In this document: positions 10,611 through 20,106 of the stretch, one piece after another
How positions within the stretch are numbered: the stretch's first letter is position 1
How the letters are laid out: each line of letters opens with the position of its first letter
Source of the DNA: a virus
Length of the DNA: 64,000 bases
Strand: one strand, 5' to 3'
Virus record (IMG/VR): IMGVR_UViG_3300040751_004835
Span: 27,375-91,374 of that record
The notes under the pieces: generated by a model
Seen by the model: the letters and a program-made list of their open reading frames with translations, nothing else
Told to the model about the DNA's origin: nothing
The model's database searches: none
Position numbers and translations under genes: made by a program

Positions 10611-11422
10611 CACCAATTGTTGGTAAAATATGGTCTTTAATTAACAGCAAGGTTGGACCTATAGTTGCTATAGTTGTCCTAGCTTTTTTGCTTTTAAGGC
10701 AGTGCAACGTTTCTCAAAATGCCAAAAGGGAGGCTGAAAGAAATATGAACAACCTTCTGGCAGAGCAGGATAGCGTAAGAGAAGTTACCTCAAAGCTTGG
10801 AAACGTTCTTGCGGAAAAATCTGCTTTCCAATTAAAATACAATGAACTTTCAGAGGAGCAAGAGGATCTGATTAAACAACTAGAATTAGCTAAAAATAAA
10901 AAGCCTGGAGTTGTTATTGAGACCCAAGTGGTTTATAGAGACACAACAATTATAGTACCTGTTGAAAATGAGATTGGCGATAGTTCTTCGACTTTGAAGT
11001 TTGCTTACAATCCAACTTTGCCAGGAAATAATAGATTAATGGTCAATGGCAAATTACCTTATACTACAAGTGATACCTTAATAAATGGGTTAGAAAGAAC
11101 CTTGATTAACCCCGGTGTAGTTAATCTTACCATTGAGCAAAAGATAGATTTGGTAACTGGTTTATATAGAGATCCGAAAACAGATAGGCTATTTGTAAGA
11201 GCTTCCACTACCTTCCCAGGCATTTCGTTTAATGATATAAATGCTTTGGATATGGTCGATGACCCAGGTACACGAAAAGCACTGAGGGGAGCAAGAAAAC
11301 CTTTTGGTATCGGTGTTAATGTAGGTTATGGTATGCTCCTTACAATGGATGGGTATCAAGCAGGGCCTATCATAGGAGTTGGCTTGCACTACTCACCAAA
11401 ATTCCTGCAGTTTGGTAAATAA
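10607..11422 (+). CDS. Membrane-anchored coiled-coil protein, possible spanin-like lysis protein
   Basis: N-terminal hydrophobic helix ending LLLRQC, coiled coil, C-terminal amphipathic beta hairpin FGIGVNVGYG...GPIIGVGLHY. Confidence 0.45.
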   Translation: MTPIVGKIWSLINSKVGPIVAIVVLAFLLLRQCNVSQNAKREAERNMNNLLAEQDSVREVTSKLGNVLAEKSAFQLKYNELSEEQEDLIKQLELAKNKKPGVVIETQVVYRDTTIIVPVENEIGDSSSTLKFAYNPTLPGNNRLMVNGKLPYTTSDTLINGLERTLINPGVVNLTIEQKIDLVTGLYRDPKTDRLFVRASTTFPGISFNDINALDMVDDPGTRKALRGARKPFGIGVNVGYGMLLTMDGYQAGPIIGVGLHYSPKFLQFGK

Positions 11423-11433
11423 AGAAAGATAAA

Positions 11434-13929
11434 ATGGCATTTTCAAGCACATCAAAATACGTTCAGCTTACTCCTTACTTGGTAATGGAGTATAGATATG
11501 CAGATCAACCAAACCCAGAGGCATATTTTGTCAACACCGGATCTCCATCAATTGGTTTTAATAAGTTGATCAATGGTGTGCTGGAAGATGATAACGGACA
11601 GCCTTCTAACGATGTACAGATAATGAACCTCGACGAGGATCAATCTGTAACACAAAATACCCGTAATAATAGCGTTGTACAAACTAACCAAAATACGTTT
11701 ATAACTCTTGATCCAGGACTTGTAGTACCTTACAATGATTTTAATTCAGATCTTACAGATACTGCAGATCTCCCTATTACATTTCCTTCTAATATTCAAG
11801 TGATTTATGACTCTGTAAGGTATCACATTCTTGCTGGATATAACCTAAATAATATTGATGGTCTTGTTCTTCAGATTCAGTATCTTGATGTAAACGGATC
11901 TCATGTAACATTTTCGCAGATTAAATTATCGAAGGGTTCTTCCCAGACTTACACATTGAGTCCAAATCCTCTGACGATTGGGTCTAATATTTTCGACAAA
12001 TATTACGAAGTTAAGATACCAAGTCTCGTTGACATGAACAACAAGTACGGTGCAGCTACAGCTTCAAATAAGTCAAAAACTTTAGCTGGATTAACTAGTA
12101 AGAGCGGTCGGGGATATCAAACAGCAGCTCCGATAAGGATTAAAGCCTACGAGATTTTAAGTACAACAACCACCAATGGCTATGACACCTATGGCACGAA
12201 TCTTCTGGCAGCTCTTTCTCTTGAGTCTACTGACCCATTTAAGAATATAGGTGCCTATATTGCACCGTCTGACCAGGGTGACTACTTTGAGTATTTTGCT
12301 ACTGATGATGGTGGATTTCCGGAAGATTTCATCCTCTTCCAAAATTCTATTGGAAATAGTTACTACCTAAATCATACTATTGAAACCCTTGAGCAAGTTG
12401 GAGGGGCACTGCTAAATACATCTAATTTTAGTAATATCCAAACCACTGCCTATGATGTTCCGAACCTTTTAAGGCCTATTGTTAGATACCCACAGGTTGC
12501 TTCTTCTTTTACCTTGAGATACACCATGACTCTGGTTAATAACAAAGATCAATCAAGGCTTATCAGAATTGCAACCTACACTTCTACTGATGTGAGTAGA
12601 TATGGTGCTGAAATTCAGCCATTGCAACTTCAGGTTCTTCCTCAGCAGCAAAAGATTTACAACAAGGTGGCTGGTAGCACAAACATATCGGTTCCAAGCA
12701 GCGGAATAACACCCAGTCAGATTACAAAATTTGCAAATGTTTTTGTTGACAGGACCTTAGTAAACACCTCACTTACCAATCTGGTTGTAAATGGGAGTAC
12801 CTTGAGAGAAGACACCTCTAACCAAACTACGGCTAGTGCAGCAATTTCTTACGGGGTTGGTCAAGCATACATTACTATTTCTCCTTTTGATAACTATTAT
12901 AAGTTTACATTTTTCCAAAAGGCAAATGACGGGACTACTAAAAATATAGATCTTTCCTCTTCTGGCGAATATTCAATGGTATTTGTTGACAACCAGAATA
13001 AGAAGGTTAGTGCTCCATCAATAGCTGATAATAATATTGCTAAACCTGCAAAGGGGGAACTAGCCTTTAAAATAGATGAAACCCTATCAACGCAAATATT
13101 GCAGTTTACCAATAAGAAGTTTTATATTTCTAATAGGCCTAGGGTTGAAGCAAACACAGGTAATGATGGAAACGCTTCTGCTTTGAGCAACTTAAGATCA
13201 CAAGTACAGTCTAGAACAACCTCTTTTAATAGATCTGTATCTGATATTTCTGTTTCTTCTCAAAACAACCAAGCAAAGATTGGAACTGCTAACATTTCAG
13301 CTAAATCCTCCTCGGTTTTATATTGGGGAAATTGGATATTAGAAGACGAGACTGCTCCACAAGTAAGTGTTGATACTGATCTACAAACCGGAACTATTTC
13401 TTCTGGTGAGGCTACGATTGGAAATATTCTAGATCTCTTCCCAACACAAACAACCGGTCAATCCTCTTGGCAAGCATACGGGTCAACCTCTGGTAACAAT
13501 CAGGCAAATACTCCACAATCTGCAACGACAACAACTGGTGGATCCCAAACGAGTAATTTAAGTCCTGCAGAAATAAGGAGTTCTATAGCATCCGATGTCC
13601 AAGGTAAGATAGAATTGGAATGGTCGACCAACGATATACTCGCTTACTATTTGGATCCTTCTGGTGTTGGGTATAAGCTTTACGGAGGTATTAGTAAAGG
13701 TGTATTTTATCAAGCAGTAAGTGGAATATTCGATAACACTGCACTTGGTATCCTCTATAATTACGGGAACACTGGATTTGGAACCACCAATGGTGGAGCT
13801 GCAGCAAGCAACAATTCCAGCAATAATGCATCCGGAAACGATAGTGGAAGTAGTACTGCTTCTACAAGTGGAACCTCTGGGGGATCACAAGGGCCAAAGG
13901 GTACTTTACCATCATTTATAACCGTGTAA
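11434..13929 (+). CDS. Putative virion structural protein
   Basis: 831 aa, beta-rich with S/T/N low-complexity tail; structural cluster. Confidence 0.55.
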   Translation: MAFSSTSKYVQLTPYLVMEYRYADQPNPEAYFVNTGSPSIGFNKLINGVLEDDNGQPSNDVQIMNLDEDQSVTQNTRNNSVVQTNQNTFITLDPGLVVPYNDFNSDLTDTADLPITFPSNIQVIYDSVRYHILAGYNLNNIDGLVLQIQYLDVNGSHVTFSQIKLSKGSSQTYTLSPNPLTIGSNIFDKYYEVKIPSLVDMNNKYGAATASNKSKTLAGLTSKSGRGYQTAAPIRIKAYEILSTTTTNGYDTYGTNLLAALSLESTDPFKNIGAYIAPSDQGDYFEYFATDDGGFPEDFILFQNSIGNSYYLNHTIETLEQVGGALLNTSNFSNIQTTAYDVPNLLRPIVRYPQVASSFTLRYTMTLVNNKDQSRLIRIATYTSTDVSRYGAEIQPLQLQVLPQQQKIYNKVAGSTNISVPSSGITPSQITKFANVFVDRTLVNTSLTNLVVNGSTLREDTSNQTTASAAISYGVGQAYITISPFDNYYKFTFFQKANDGTTKNIDLSSSGEYSMVFVDNQNKKVSAPSIADNNIAKPAKGELAFKIDETLSTQILQFTNKKFYISNRPRVEANTGNDGNASALSNLRSQVQSRTTSFNRSVSDISVSSQNNQAKIGTANISAKSSSVLYWGNWILEDETAPQVSVDTDLQTGTISSGEATIGNILDLFPTQTTGQSSWQAYGSTSGNNQANTPQSATTTTGGSQTSNLSPAEIRSSIASDVQGKIELEWSTNDILAYYLDPSGVGYKLYGGISKGVFYQAVSGIFDNTALGILYNYGNTGFGTTNGGAAASNNSSNNASGNDSGSSTASTSGTSGGSQGPKGTLPSFITV

Positions 13930-13962
13930 CCGTGTCTTAAGAAAATTAAAATAATTTTATAA

Positions 13963-14523
13963 ATGGCTATATTAAACGCAAGAGCAAATAGCTTTTATTT
14001 CGTATTTCCGAAAGGATTCTTTCCCGAGAAGGTCCATGAGAAGTATATTGACTACTTAAAAAAGCAGCCTACCCCATACGATACTCTAACTTCGTATATG
14101 AATAGCACTATACAAAGTGTGACATTTCCTTCGGTTAGTATGGATTTGTCTGAACAGGTTAGAAATTTAGGTAAGAGGATTAACTATCAGAGTGCAACAC
14201 CGGTTCAGGATTTATTTAACAGGGAGTTCCAGGTTTCCTTTAGAATAGCAGAGGGGTTTGTAAATTACTTTATTATGCTAGAAACTGTTTTGGATTATCT
14301 GGATTTTAAGAATCCTGGTACATATATTCAAAATTTGCCACTTAGGACTTTGGATAATGAGGGTAATATCCTGACAACAGTTATGTTCAAAGAAGTGACC
14401 CTAACATCTTTCTCCGAACTAAACTTGAACTATACACAAAACACTCCTTCTGTTTACACATTTAATGTTGGGTTCAAATGTAACTATTTGGGTCTCGATC
14501 TTGAAATTGGTAAGGAAAGGTAA
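13963..14523 (+). CDS. Tail tube-fold protein (T4 gp3/gp19-like)
   Basis: Pattern IQSVTFPSVS...FQVSFRIAEGFVNY...LDNEGN...FKEV..TSFSELNL.Y...FNVGFKCNY resembles tube/terminator family. Confidence 0.55.
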   Translation: MAILNARANSFYFVFPKGFFPEKVHEKYIDYLKKQPTPYDTLTSYMNSTIQSVTFPSVSMDLSEQVRNLGKRINYQSATPVQDLFNREFQVSFRIAEGFVNYFIMLETVLDYLDFKNPGTYIQNLPLRTLDNEGNILTTVMFKEVTLTSFSELNLNYTQNTPSVYTFNVGFKCNYLGLDLEIGKER

Positions 14524-14531
14524 GATATATA
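14524..14531 (+). promoter_or_regulatory. GATATATA putative late promoter (representative copy)
   Basis: Exact copies at 14524, 14851, 19001, 23380, 27171, 28055, 34067, 42949, 43785, 47415, 49180, 51748, 56744 (+) and 32574, 58838 (-), each just upstream of a gene start. Confidence 0.75.
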
Positions 14532-14552
14532 AAATACAAAAAATACTAAGGT

Positions 14553-14798
14553 ATGAAGAAGTTCTCAGATTTAACCAAAATTAACGAAATGAAGTACGGT
14601 CAGCCAATGTACGGCGAGGATGACCTAAAGCAACATATGAAAGATCTTTTAGTCGCTGCATCTGGCAATGACCAGAGAGTGTTAAACGATATTGTTGATT
14701 GCTTAACTGATGATCAGATGAAAAAGTGCTATGACAAACTGATCAACGATTACAACTACACTGGAAAGAAAGGTGAGGTTGTAAAGCCTAATATGTAA
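14553..14798 (+). CDS. Hypothetical protein with capsid-targeting-like N-terminus
   Basis: MKKFSDLTKINE; GATATATA at 14524; terminator downstream. Confidence 0.65.
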   Translation: MKKFSDLTKINEMKYGQPMYGEDDLKQHMKDLLVAASGNDQRVLNDIVDCLTDDQMKKCYDKLINDYNYTGKKGEVVKPNM

Positions 14799-14816
14799 AT
14801 CTAAATTCATTTAATT

Positions 14817-14846
14817 AAAGCCTTCCTATTTAGGAGGGCTTTTTTG
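14817..14846 (+). terminator. Rho-independent terminator
   Basis: AAAGCCTTCCTA-TT-TAGGAGGGCTTT followed by T run. Confidence 0.8.
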
Positions 14847-14883
14847 TGTTGATATATAACTTGTATTCTTAAACACGTTCATT

Positions 14884-15555
14884 TTGAAAACACTAGTCGG
14901 AATAGATTTTTCCCTCAATTCACCAGCATTTTGTATTTTAAGAGAAAACCAATTTACTTGGGGTTCCCTAACTAGGAGCGACCGGACTGCGGAATCCCTT
15001 AAGAAAAATACTAAAAAACCTTACTATGTTTTATCTGAAGACAAAACGGAAGACTATGTTCTTATGTTTATGTCAAAGGATAAAATGCCAGAAGACTACT
15101 CGGAAAGGGAAAGAATAAAGATAGATTATTTCCAGGAGCTCGTTGATGAATTTTGGTCTGAAATAGAAAATATCTGTGCAGGTGATGACATCATTGTAGC
15201 TATGGAAGGACTAAGTTTTGCCTCTAATGGTAATGCTTTGATTGATATCTCTATGGCCACAGCTCTACTCCGTAAGAAGATAGTTGACCACACAGGTAGC
15301 GATAATTTCTACGTTTATTCGCCAACTTCTATAAAGAAGTTCGCTTTTAAGGGAAATGCAAAAAAGCACGAACTTTATAATTCACTTCTTGATCGCAAAT
15401 TTCCAGAAACTAATTTAGGGTCTTTCACTAGTATTTTAGAAGAAAATAAGGACGAATGGATAACTCCCTCCGGTAATGTAAACAAGCCATTGGATGATAT
15501 TATAGATTCGACCTGGATATGTTTATTTTTATATGACTCAATCAAAGAAGGTTAA
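14884..15555 (+). CDS. RuvC-like Holliday junction resolvase (TTG start)
   Basis: GIDFSLNSPA, VAMEG, PTSIKKFA.KGNAKK, DDIIDS acidic RNase H-fold motifs. Confidence 0.75.
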   Translation: MKTLVGIDFSLNSPAFCILRENQFTWGSLTRSDRTAESLKKNTKKPYYVLSEDKTEDYVLMFMSKDKMPEDYSERERIKIDYFQELVDEFWSEIENICAGDDIIVAMEGLSFASNGNALIDISMATALLRKKIVDHTGSDNFYVYSPTSIKKFAFKGNAKKHELYNSLLDRKFPETNLGSFTSILEENKDEWITPSGNVNKPLDDIIDSTWICLFLYDSIKEG

Positions 15556-16264
15556 CATTCTTATTCCTCTCGGAGGTGCTGGAAGGAGATTCAGCGACGC
15601 TGGATACTTACAGATAAAGCCATTTATAGACGTCAGCGGAGAAACGATGATTAGGTCTGTGATCAAAAACCTAAATCATCAAGATGCACACTTTGTATTT
15701 GTGATAAACGAGGAATATATTTCTCCCACAGAATTTGAATCCCATATATCAGACATGGGAATATCGTTTGAGGTTTTCTCAACCCCAACCCTAACACAAG
15801 GACCAGCTTCAACAGTTCTCTTTGCAAGTCAGTCGATTGATAACGATTTACCCCTTATTGTTGTTAACTGTGATCAGATTATTCTGGATTTCAATCTGGA
15901 CTTCATTTTAGATTTTGCAAGAACTACGGGGTGTGATGGATTGTTGGGATGTTTTCTTTCCTCTTCTAAAAAGAACAGCTATGTTAAGTTAGATCCAAAC
16001 GGAGAGGTCTGTGATGTGAAGGAAAAAATTGTGATTTCCAACATTGCTACTAACGGGTTACATTTTTGGAAGCACGGCAAATACTTTGTAGAAAGTGCGG
16101 AACAAATGATAGCAGCAAACGATCGATATAATAATGAGTTCTACGTTGCACCTACCTACAATTACATGATAAAAAGTGGAAAGAAAATATTGCCCTTCTT
16201 CTATAACCTTCACTTTCCGATAGGTACCCCAGAGGACCTGGATAAATTTTTAAAGTTGGTTTAG
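15533..16264 (+). CDS. Sugar-phosphate nucleotidyltransferase (NTP_transferase family)
   Basis: ILIPLGGAGRRF...KPFIDV, TQGPAST, VNCDQ, VKEK, NEFYVAP, GTPEDL. Confidence 0.85.
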   Translation: MTQSKKVNILIPLGGAGRRFSDAGYLQIKPFIDVSGETMIRSVIKNLNHQDAHFVFVINEEYISPTEFESHISDMGISFEVFSTPTLTQGPASTVLFASQSIDNDLPLIVVNCDQIILDFNLDFILDFARTTGCDGLLGCFLSSSKKNSYVKLDPNGEVCDVKEKIVISNIATNGLHFWKHGKYFVESAEQMIAANDRYNNEFYVAPTYNYMIKSGKKILPFFYNLHFPIGTPEDLDKFLKLV

Positions 16265-16267
16265 TTT

Positions 16268-16591
16268 ATGGAAGTTTATAGAATTGAAGATATGGAGGGA
16301 GGTTGGTATGCTGGAGATTTCTCCCCAGTAGCTTACCAAACTAGTGATTTTGAGATTTGTTATAAAAAGCACTTCAAGGGCGAAGAGTGGCCAAAACATT
16401 ACCATAAGGAAGCGGATGAAATAAACTTCCTCAGATCGGGTAAAATGATTATACAAGGACGGGAATTAAATTCGGGGGATGTGTTTATTCTAAGGAAAGA
16501 TGAAATTGCTGACCCCGTATTTTTGGAAGACTGTGAAGTTTTTATAGTTAAGACCCCCTCGGTTCCTGGTGATAAATTTGTAATTGAATGA
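16268..16591 (+). CDS. Cupin-fold protein
   Basis: GWYAGDF...HYHKEADEIN...GKMII...GDVFIL cupin metal motif. Confidence 0.75.
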   Translation: MEVYRIEDMEGGWYAGDFSPVAYQTSDFEICYKKHFKGEEWPKHYHKEADEINFLRSGKMIIQGRELNSGDVFILRKDEIADPVFLEDCEVFIVKTPSVPGDKFVIE

Positions 16592-17823
16592 TAAGCATTT
16601 TTAAAAATAAGGCGGATTTCGATACATCCCAGTATTTTATAGTCAAATACTTTTTGGAAGCTAAAACTTCTTTGAGAGAAGCTTCCTGGAATTTGGCTAT
16701 AGGTCAAAGTATAGGTAACCCGAATAATAGGAGCGAGTGGGAAACCGATGAGATGTTTGAAAATCACAGTTGCTTTATTCTTGCAAACGAAGAAGATCTT
16801 GCCCAACTAAAAGAGGGCGAGATCGAGATAGCTTTTCCTCTAGCAAATCTTAATTTGGAAGAAGACGGGATCTCTCAAATACTTTGTCATATAGCTGGTG
16901 GTCAGGTTGACATAGAGGAAGTAAGACAATGTCATGTCTTGGACATTTCTTTGCCTGAGGATGCTGAGAGATCATTTTCTTTAAATCCGGCCTATGGTAT
17001 TGATGGATGGAGGAAATTTAATGGTATAAACCAAAGACCTTTCTTAGGTGGAATAGTTAAACCTAAGGTTGGTATGTCTCCCTCTGTTCTTCTCGAAGCT
17101 GTGAAGGAAATGGTTTATGGTGGTGTGAATTTCATCAAAGAGGATGAATTACTTGCTAACCCTTCCCACTGCCCTCTTGAAGAAAGAGTACCTTTGATTT
17201 CATCCTGGTTAAAAGAGAATGCGCCCAACGTAATTTATTGCTTTTGCATAAATGGTGATAGTCCATATGCCTTAGAAAGAGCAAAATTTGTAGCAGATAA
17301 CGGTGGGAACGGAATACACATAAACGTGTGGAGTGGACTGGGAATTTATCGTGCTATTAGAAAGCAAAATCCAAATCTCTGGATACATTTCCAAAAGAGC
17401 GGAGATAAATTCTTTACTGACCGTAGGGCGCCAAACCACATTTACTGGCCGGTTTTGTGCAAGATCGCTGGATGGTCTGGAGTCGATTCGATCCATGCAG
17501 GAATGATCGGCGGTTATATGAGCCAAGATGAGCAGGAAATAAAAGATACCTTACAAACCCTTTGGAATTATAACATTGTTCCTGCTTTAAGCTGTGGTAT
17601 GCATCCAGGGCTTGTTGAGTATATTAATACAACAATAGGAAGCTTCGATTGGATGGCAAACGTTGGTGGTGCTATGCATGGACACCCTCAGGGGACTAGG
17701 ACTGGTGCCTTGGCAATGAGACAGTCTATCGATGGAGATCACGATCAACCTGAATATAAAGCAGCAATAGAAAAATGGGGTAACAAATGTTTCTCTGAAG
17801 ATCTAGACTATCGAATATTCTGA
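16588..17823 (+). CDS. RuBisCO-like protein (form IV-like RLP)
   Basis: GGIVKPKVGM (K175/K177), GGVNFIKEDE (K201/D203/E204), DSIHAG (H327), PALSCGMH, NVGGAMHGHP; H294 position is Q and K334 is absent. Confidence 0.9.
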   Translation: MISIFKNKADFDTSQYFIVKYFLEAKTSLREASWNLAIGQSIGNPNNRSEWETDEMFENHSCFILANEEDLAQLKEGEIEIAFPLANLNLEEDGISQILCHIAGGQVDIEEVRQCHVLDISLPEDAERSFSLNPAYGIDGWRKFNGINQRPFLGGIVKPKVGMSPSVLLEAVKEMVYGGVNFIKEDELLANPSHCPLEERVPLISSWLKENAPNVIYCFCINGDSPYALERAKFVADNGGNGIHINVWSGLGIYRAIRKQNPNLWIHFQKSGDKFFTDRRAPNHIYWPVLCKIAGWSGVDSIHAGMIGGYMSQDEQEIKDTLQTLWNYNIVPALSCGMHPGLVEYINTTIGSFDWMANVGGAMHGHPQGTRTGALAMRQSIDGDHDQPEYKAAIEKWGNKCFSEDLDYRIF

Positions 17824-17824
17824 T

Positions 17825-18259
17825 ATGAAGCTAATATCACATAGAGGTAATTTAAAAGGTCCAAATCCGGATAGAGAAAATACGATTGACTATATACAGG
17901 AAGCTCTTGATCTGGGGTATGATGTGGAGATCGACGTTTGGATCTCCGGAGCATCAATCTATTTGGGACACGATTCTCCAGAAACCAAAATACATCTTGC
18001 TTGGCTTTTAGAAAGAGGGGATAAGTTATGGATACATTGTAAAAACATATCAGCTATGGTTTATCTGAAGGAATATGGAGATCTCAATGTTTTTTGGCAC
18101 GAAAACGACAAGGTAACCCTTACCTCTAAATCTTTCATTTGGGCTTTTCCTGGGATGCAACCAATTAGCAAAAGCATTGCGGTTTTACCTGAGATGTACG
18201 AGGAGAAAGTTGATAGTTGTTGTGGTGTATGTTCTGATTATATTGTGAATTATTCATGA
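17825..18259 (+). CDS. Short glycerophosphodiester phosphodiesterase-like protein
   Basis: ISHRGN...ENT...GYDVEIDVW...LGHD...WIHCKN...GVCSD. Confidence 0.7.
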   Translation: MKLISHRGNLKGPNPDRENTIDYIQEALDLGYDVEIDVWISGASIYLGHDSPETKIHLAWLLERGDKLWIHCKNISAMVYLKEYGDLNVFWHENDKVTLTSKSFIWAFPGMQPISKSIAVLPEMYEEKVDSCCGVCSDYIVNYS

Positions 18260-19038
18260 GGATTGCCTTACTACTTCCTGGTCAAATAAGGGAAGCTCAG
18301 GATTCCTTCCCGTTTATCAAGTCAGAAATTTTAGATAAGTACGATACTGATGTTTTCATATCAACCTGGAATCCTTCCGGTGAAATCAACCAGTCTCTTC
18401 ATGCTGAAACTAAGGACCTAGTGGATTCCTTAACTATTGACGATCTTATAAAGATGTATTCACCTAAGCATTTGAAGACTGACGATTTTGGTTCTGCTGC
18501 GATTAAAAGGTTTATTGACAGAGCTTGGTCGTATGAAAAGTTTGGTCCACAGACTGGTGAGATCAACCCAGTGTCTGTTTTTTTGATGTGGTATAAAATT
18601 AGACAAGCTTTCTCCCTGATGGAAGAATATGAAATCCAGGTAGGTCAAAAGTACGATTGCGTCATCAAGGGAAGAATGGATATTAAGATCCACAATGAAT
18701 TGAATTTAGGACGGGACTTGGATAAGATCAACGTCCCTCCTGGGTTTGATTGGAAGGGTGGAGTAAATGATATATTGGCTTGGGGTGGCAGAGAATCAAT
18801 GGAACATTACTGCAAAATGTTCGACTATCTGGAGGAGTATATTATATCCGATATTTACTTCCACCCTGAAACTTTACTAAGATATCACATAGAAAGTTCT
18901 GAATTTGGTTTATCTAGGCCGTTTGTCAAAGTTTCACTCCGAGGTAAGAATGTTTGGGAGACCGAAGTATCAGAAAACGAAATAGATGAAAAAAGTTTTG
19001 GATATATAATGTCTAGGGGAAACATTTGGGACACTTAG
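18256..19038 (+). CDS. Putative glycosyltransferase-like protein
   Basis: RIALLLPGQIR, DVFISTW, KYDCVIKGRMD, ND.LAWG, HPETLL; resembles GT-A-like proteins of phage/polysaccharide loci. Confidence 0.5.
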   Translation: MRIALLLPGQIREAQDSFPFIKSEILDKYDTDVFISTWNPSGEINQSLHAETKDLVDSLTIDDLIKMYSPKHLKTDDFGSAAIKRFIDRAWSYEKFGPQTGEINPVSVFLMWYKIRQAFSLMEEYEIQVGQKYDCVIKGRMDIKIHNELNLGRDLDKINVPPGFDWKGGVNDILAWGGRESMEHYCKMFDYLEEYIISDIYFHPETLLRYHIESSEFGLSRPFVKVSLRGKNVWETEVSENEIDEKSFGYIMSRGNIWDT

Positions 19039-19079
19039 AGATTAAATAAAGGATTTTAAAAAATAATTAAGAGAAAATC

Positions 19080-20033
19080 ATGAGTAATTTAGACATTTTT
19101 AATTTGGATGCGGAAGCATTCGTAACGAAAGCAAAAAAGGAGAATTCAGAAGGAACAGAATTTTACAAACCATATCCGGAAAACGGAAAGGATGGAGTTT
19201 ACAAATCGCTGATCCGTTTTCTTCCTAACCACGTCGATCCGACGAAATCAAAAATCCACAAGTACTACGTTTATCTAAACGATCCAACAACAGGTGATGG
19301 ATTTCCAGTTGACTGTCCGTCAACGGTAGGAAAAAAATCGGTACTTAAGGATATGTTCTGGAAGCTGAAAAATTCACATTCAGCAGCAGACCAAGAATTA
19401 TCAAGAAGTTTTTCTAGAAAGGAAGACTACTACTCACTCATTCAAATCGTACAGGATAAACACAATCCTGAGCTTGAGGGAAAAATTATGATCTTCAAAT
19501 TTGGACGTAAGCTGAATGATATGCTCGAAGCACAGCTCAAGCCTGAATATGGAGATTCTTGCAACCCTTACGACCTTTTCGAGGGTAAACTTTTCTCAGT
19601 ACATACAAGAAAAGTTGGTGAGTGGAACAACTACGATCTTTGCTCATTCGTTGGTGATAGAACCGCTATCGAGATCAACGGCAAGAAGATGGCTAAGAAT
19701 CAGGATGACATGAATGCAATCATGGAATACCTTAAAACAGGTCCTGATAACCTCACACAATTTGAATACAAGGATTGGGATCAAAATACTACCGACCGTG
19801 TGATGAATGTTATTAAGAATTCAGTTCCTGACGGAAGATTAGTTAATGAGGTTTTAGGAGGTGTAAACCAATCTTCTACTACAACTTCATCTTCTAGTTC
19901 AACGAACGATTTCTATAATGAAGCTTCTTCAACAAAGGTAGGATCCGAACCTGCAAAAGAGGATAAAGGCATCAGCCAACCTTCAGCACCAGAAACTTCA
20001 TCGTCCCTAGACGACCTATACGCAGATCTCTAA
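19080..20033 (+). CDS. ssDNA-binding protein, T4 gp32-like
   Basis: LIRFLP, YSLIQIVQD..NPELEGKIMIFKFGRKL, NPYDLFEG, NYD, acidic tail ending LDDLYADL. Confidence 0.85.
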   Translation: MSNLDIFNLDAEAFVTKAKKENSEGTEFYKPYPENGKDGVYKSLIRFLPNHVDPTKSKIHKYYVYLNDPTTGDGFPVDCPSTVGKKSVLKDMFWKLKNSHSAADQELSRSFSRKEDYYSLIQIVQDKHNPELEGKIMIFKFGRKLNDMLEAQLKPEYGDSCNPYDLFEGKLFSVHTRKVGEWNNYDLCSFVGDRTAIEINGKKMAKNQDDMNAIMEYLKTGPDNLTQFEYKDWDQNTTDRVMNVIKNSVPDGRLVNEVLGGVNQSSTTTSSSSSTNDFYNEASSTKVGSEPAKEDKGISQPSAPETSSSLDDLYADL

Positions 20034-20046
20034 ATCTATCTTGAAT

Positions 20047-20086
20047 GGGGGCTTGGCAATGAGAATTGCTGCCCCCTTTCTTTTTT
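20047..20086 (+). terminator. Rho-independent terminator
   Basis: GGGGGC-TT-GGCAAT-GAGA-ATTGCT-GCCCCC followed by TTTCTTTTTT. Confidence 0.75.
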
Positions 20087-20106
20087 AACTGTAAACTAGG
20101 ATTAAT

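Noticed and set aside
13921-13936. Short direct repeat ACCGTGT at the end of ORF 11434
   Set aside because: Only two 7-mers; compatible with chance
16588-17823. A bona fide CO2-fixing RuBisCO
   Set aside because: K334 is absent and H294 is replaced; no small subunit or phosphoribulokinase nearby; the context is sugar-nucleotide genes
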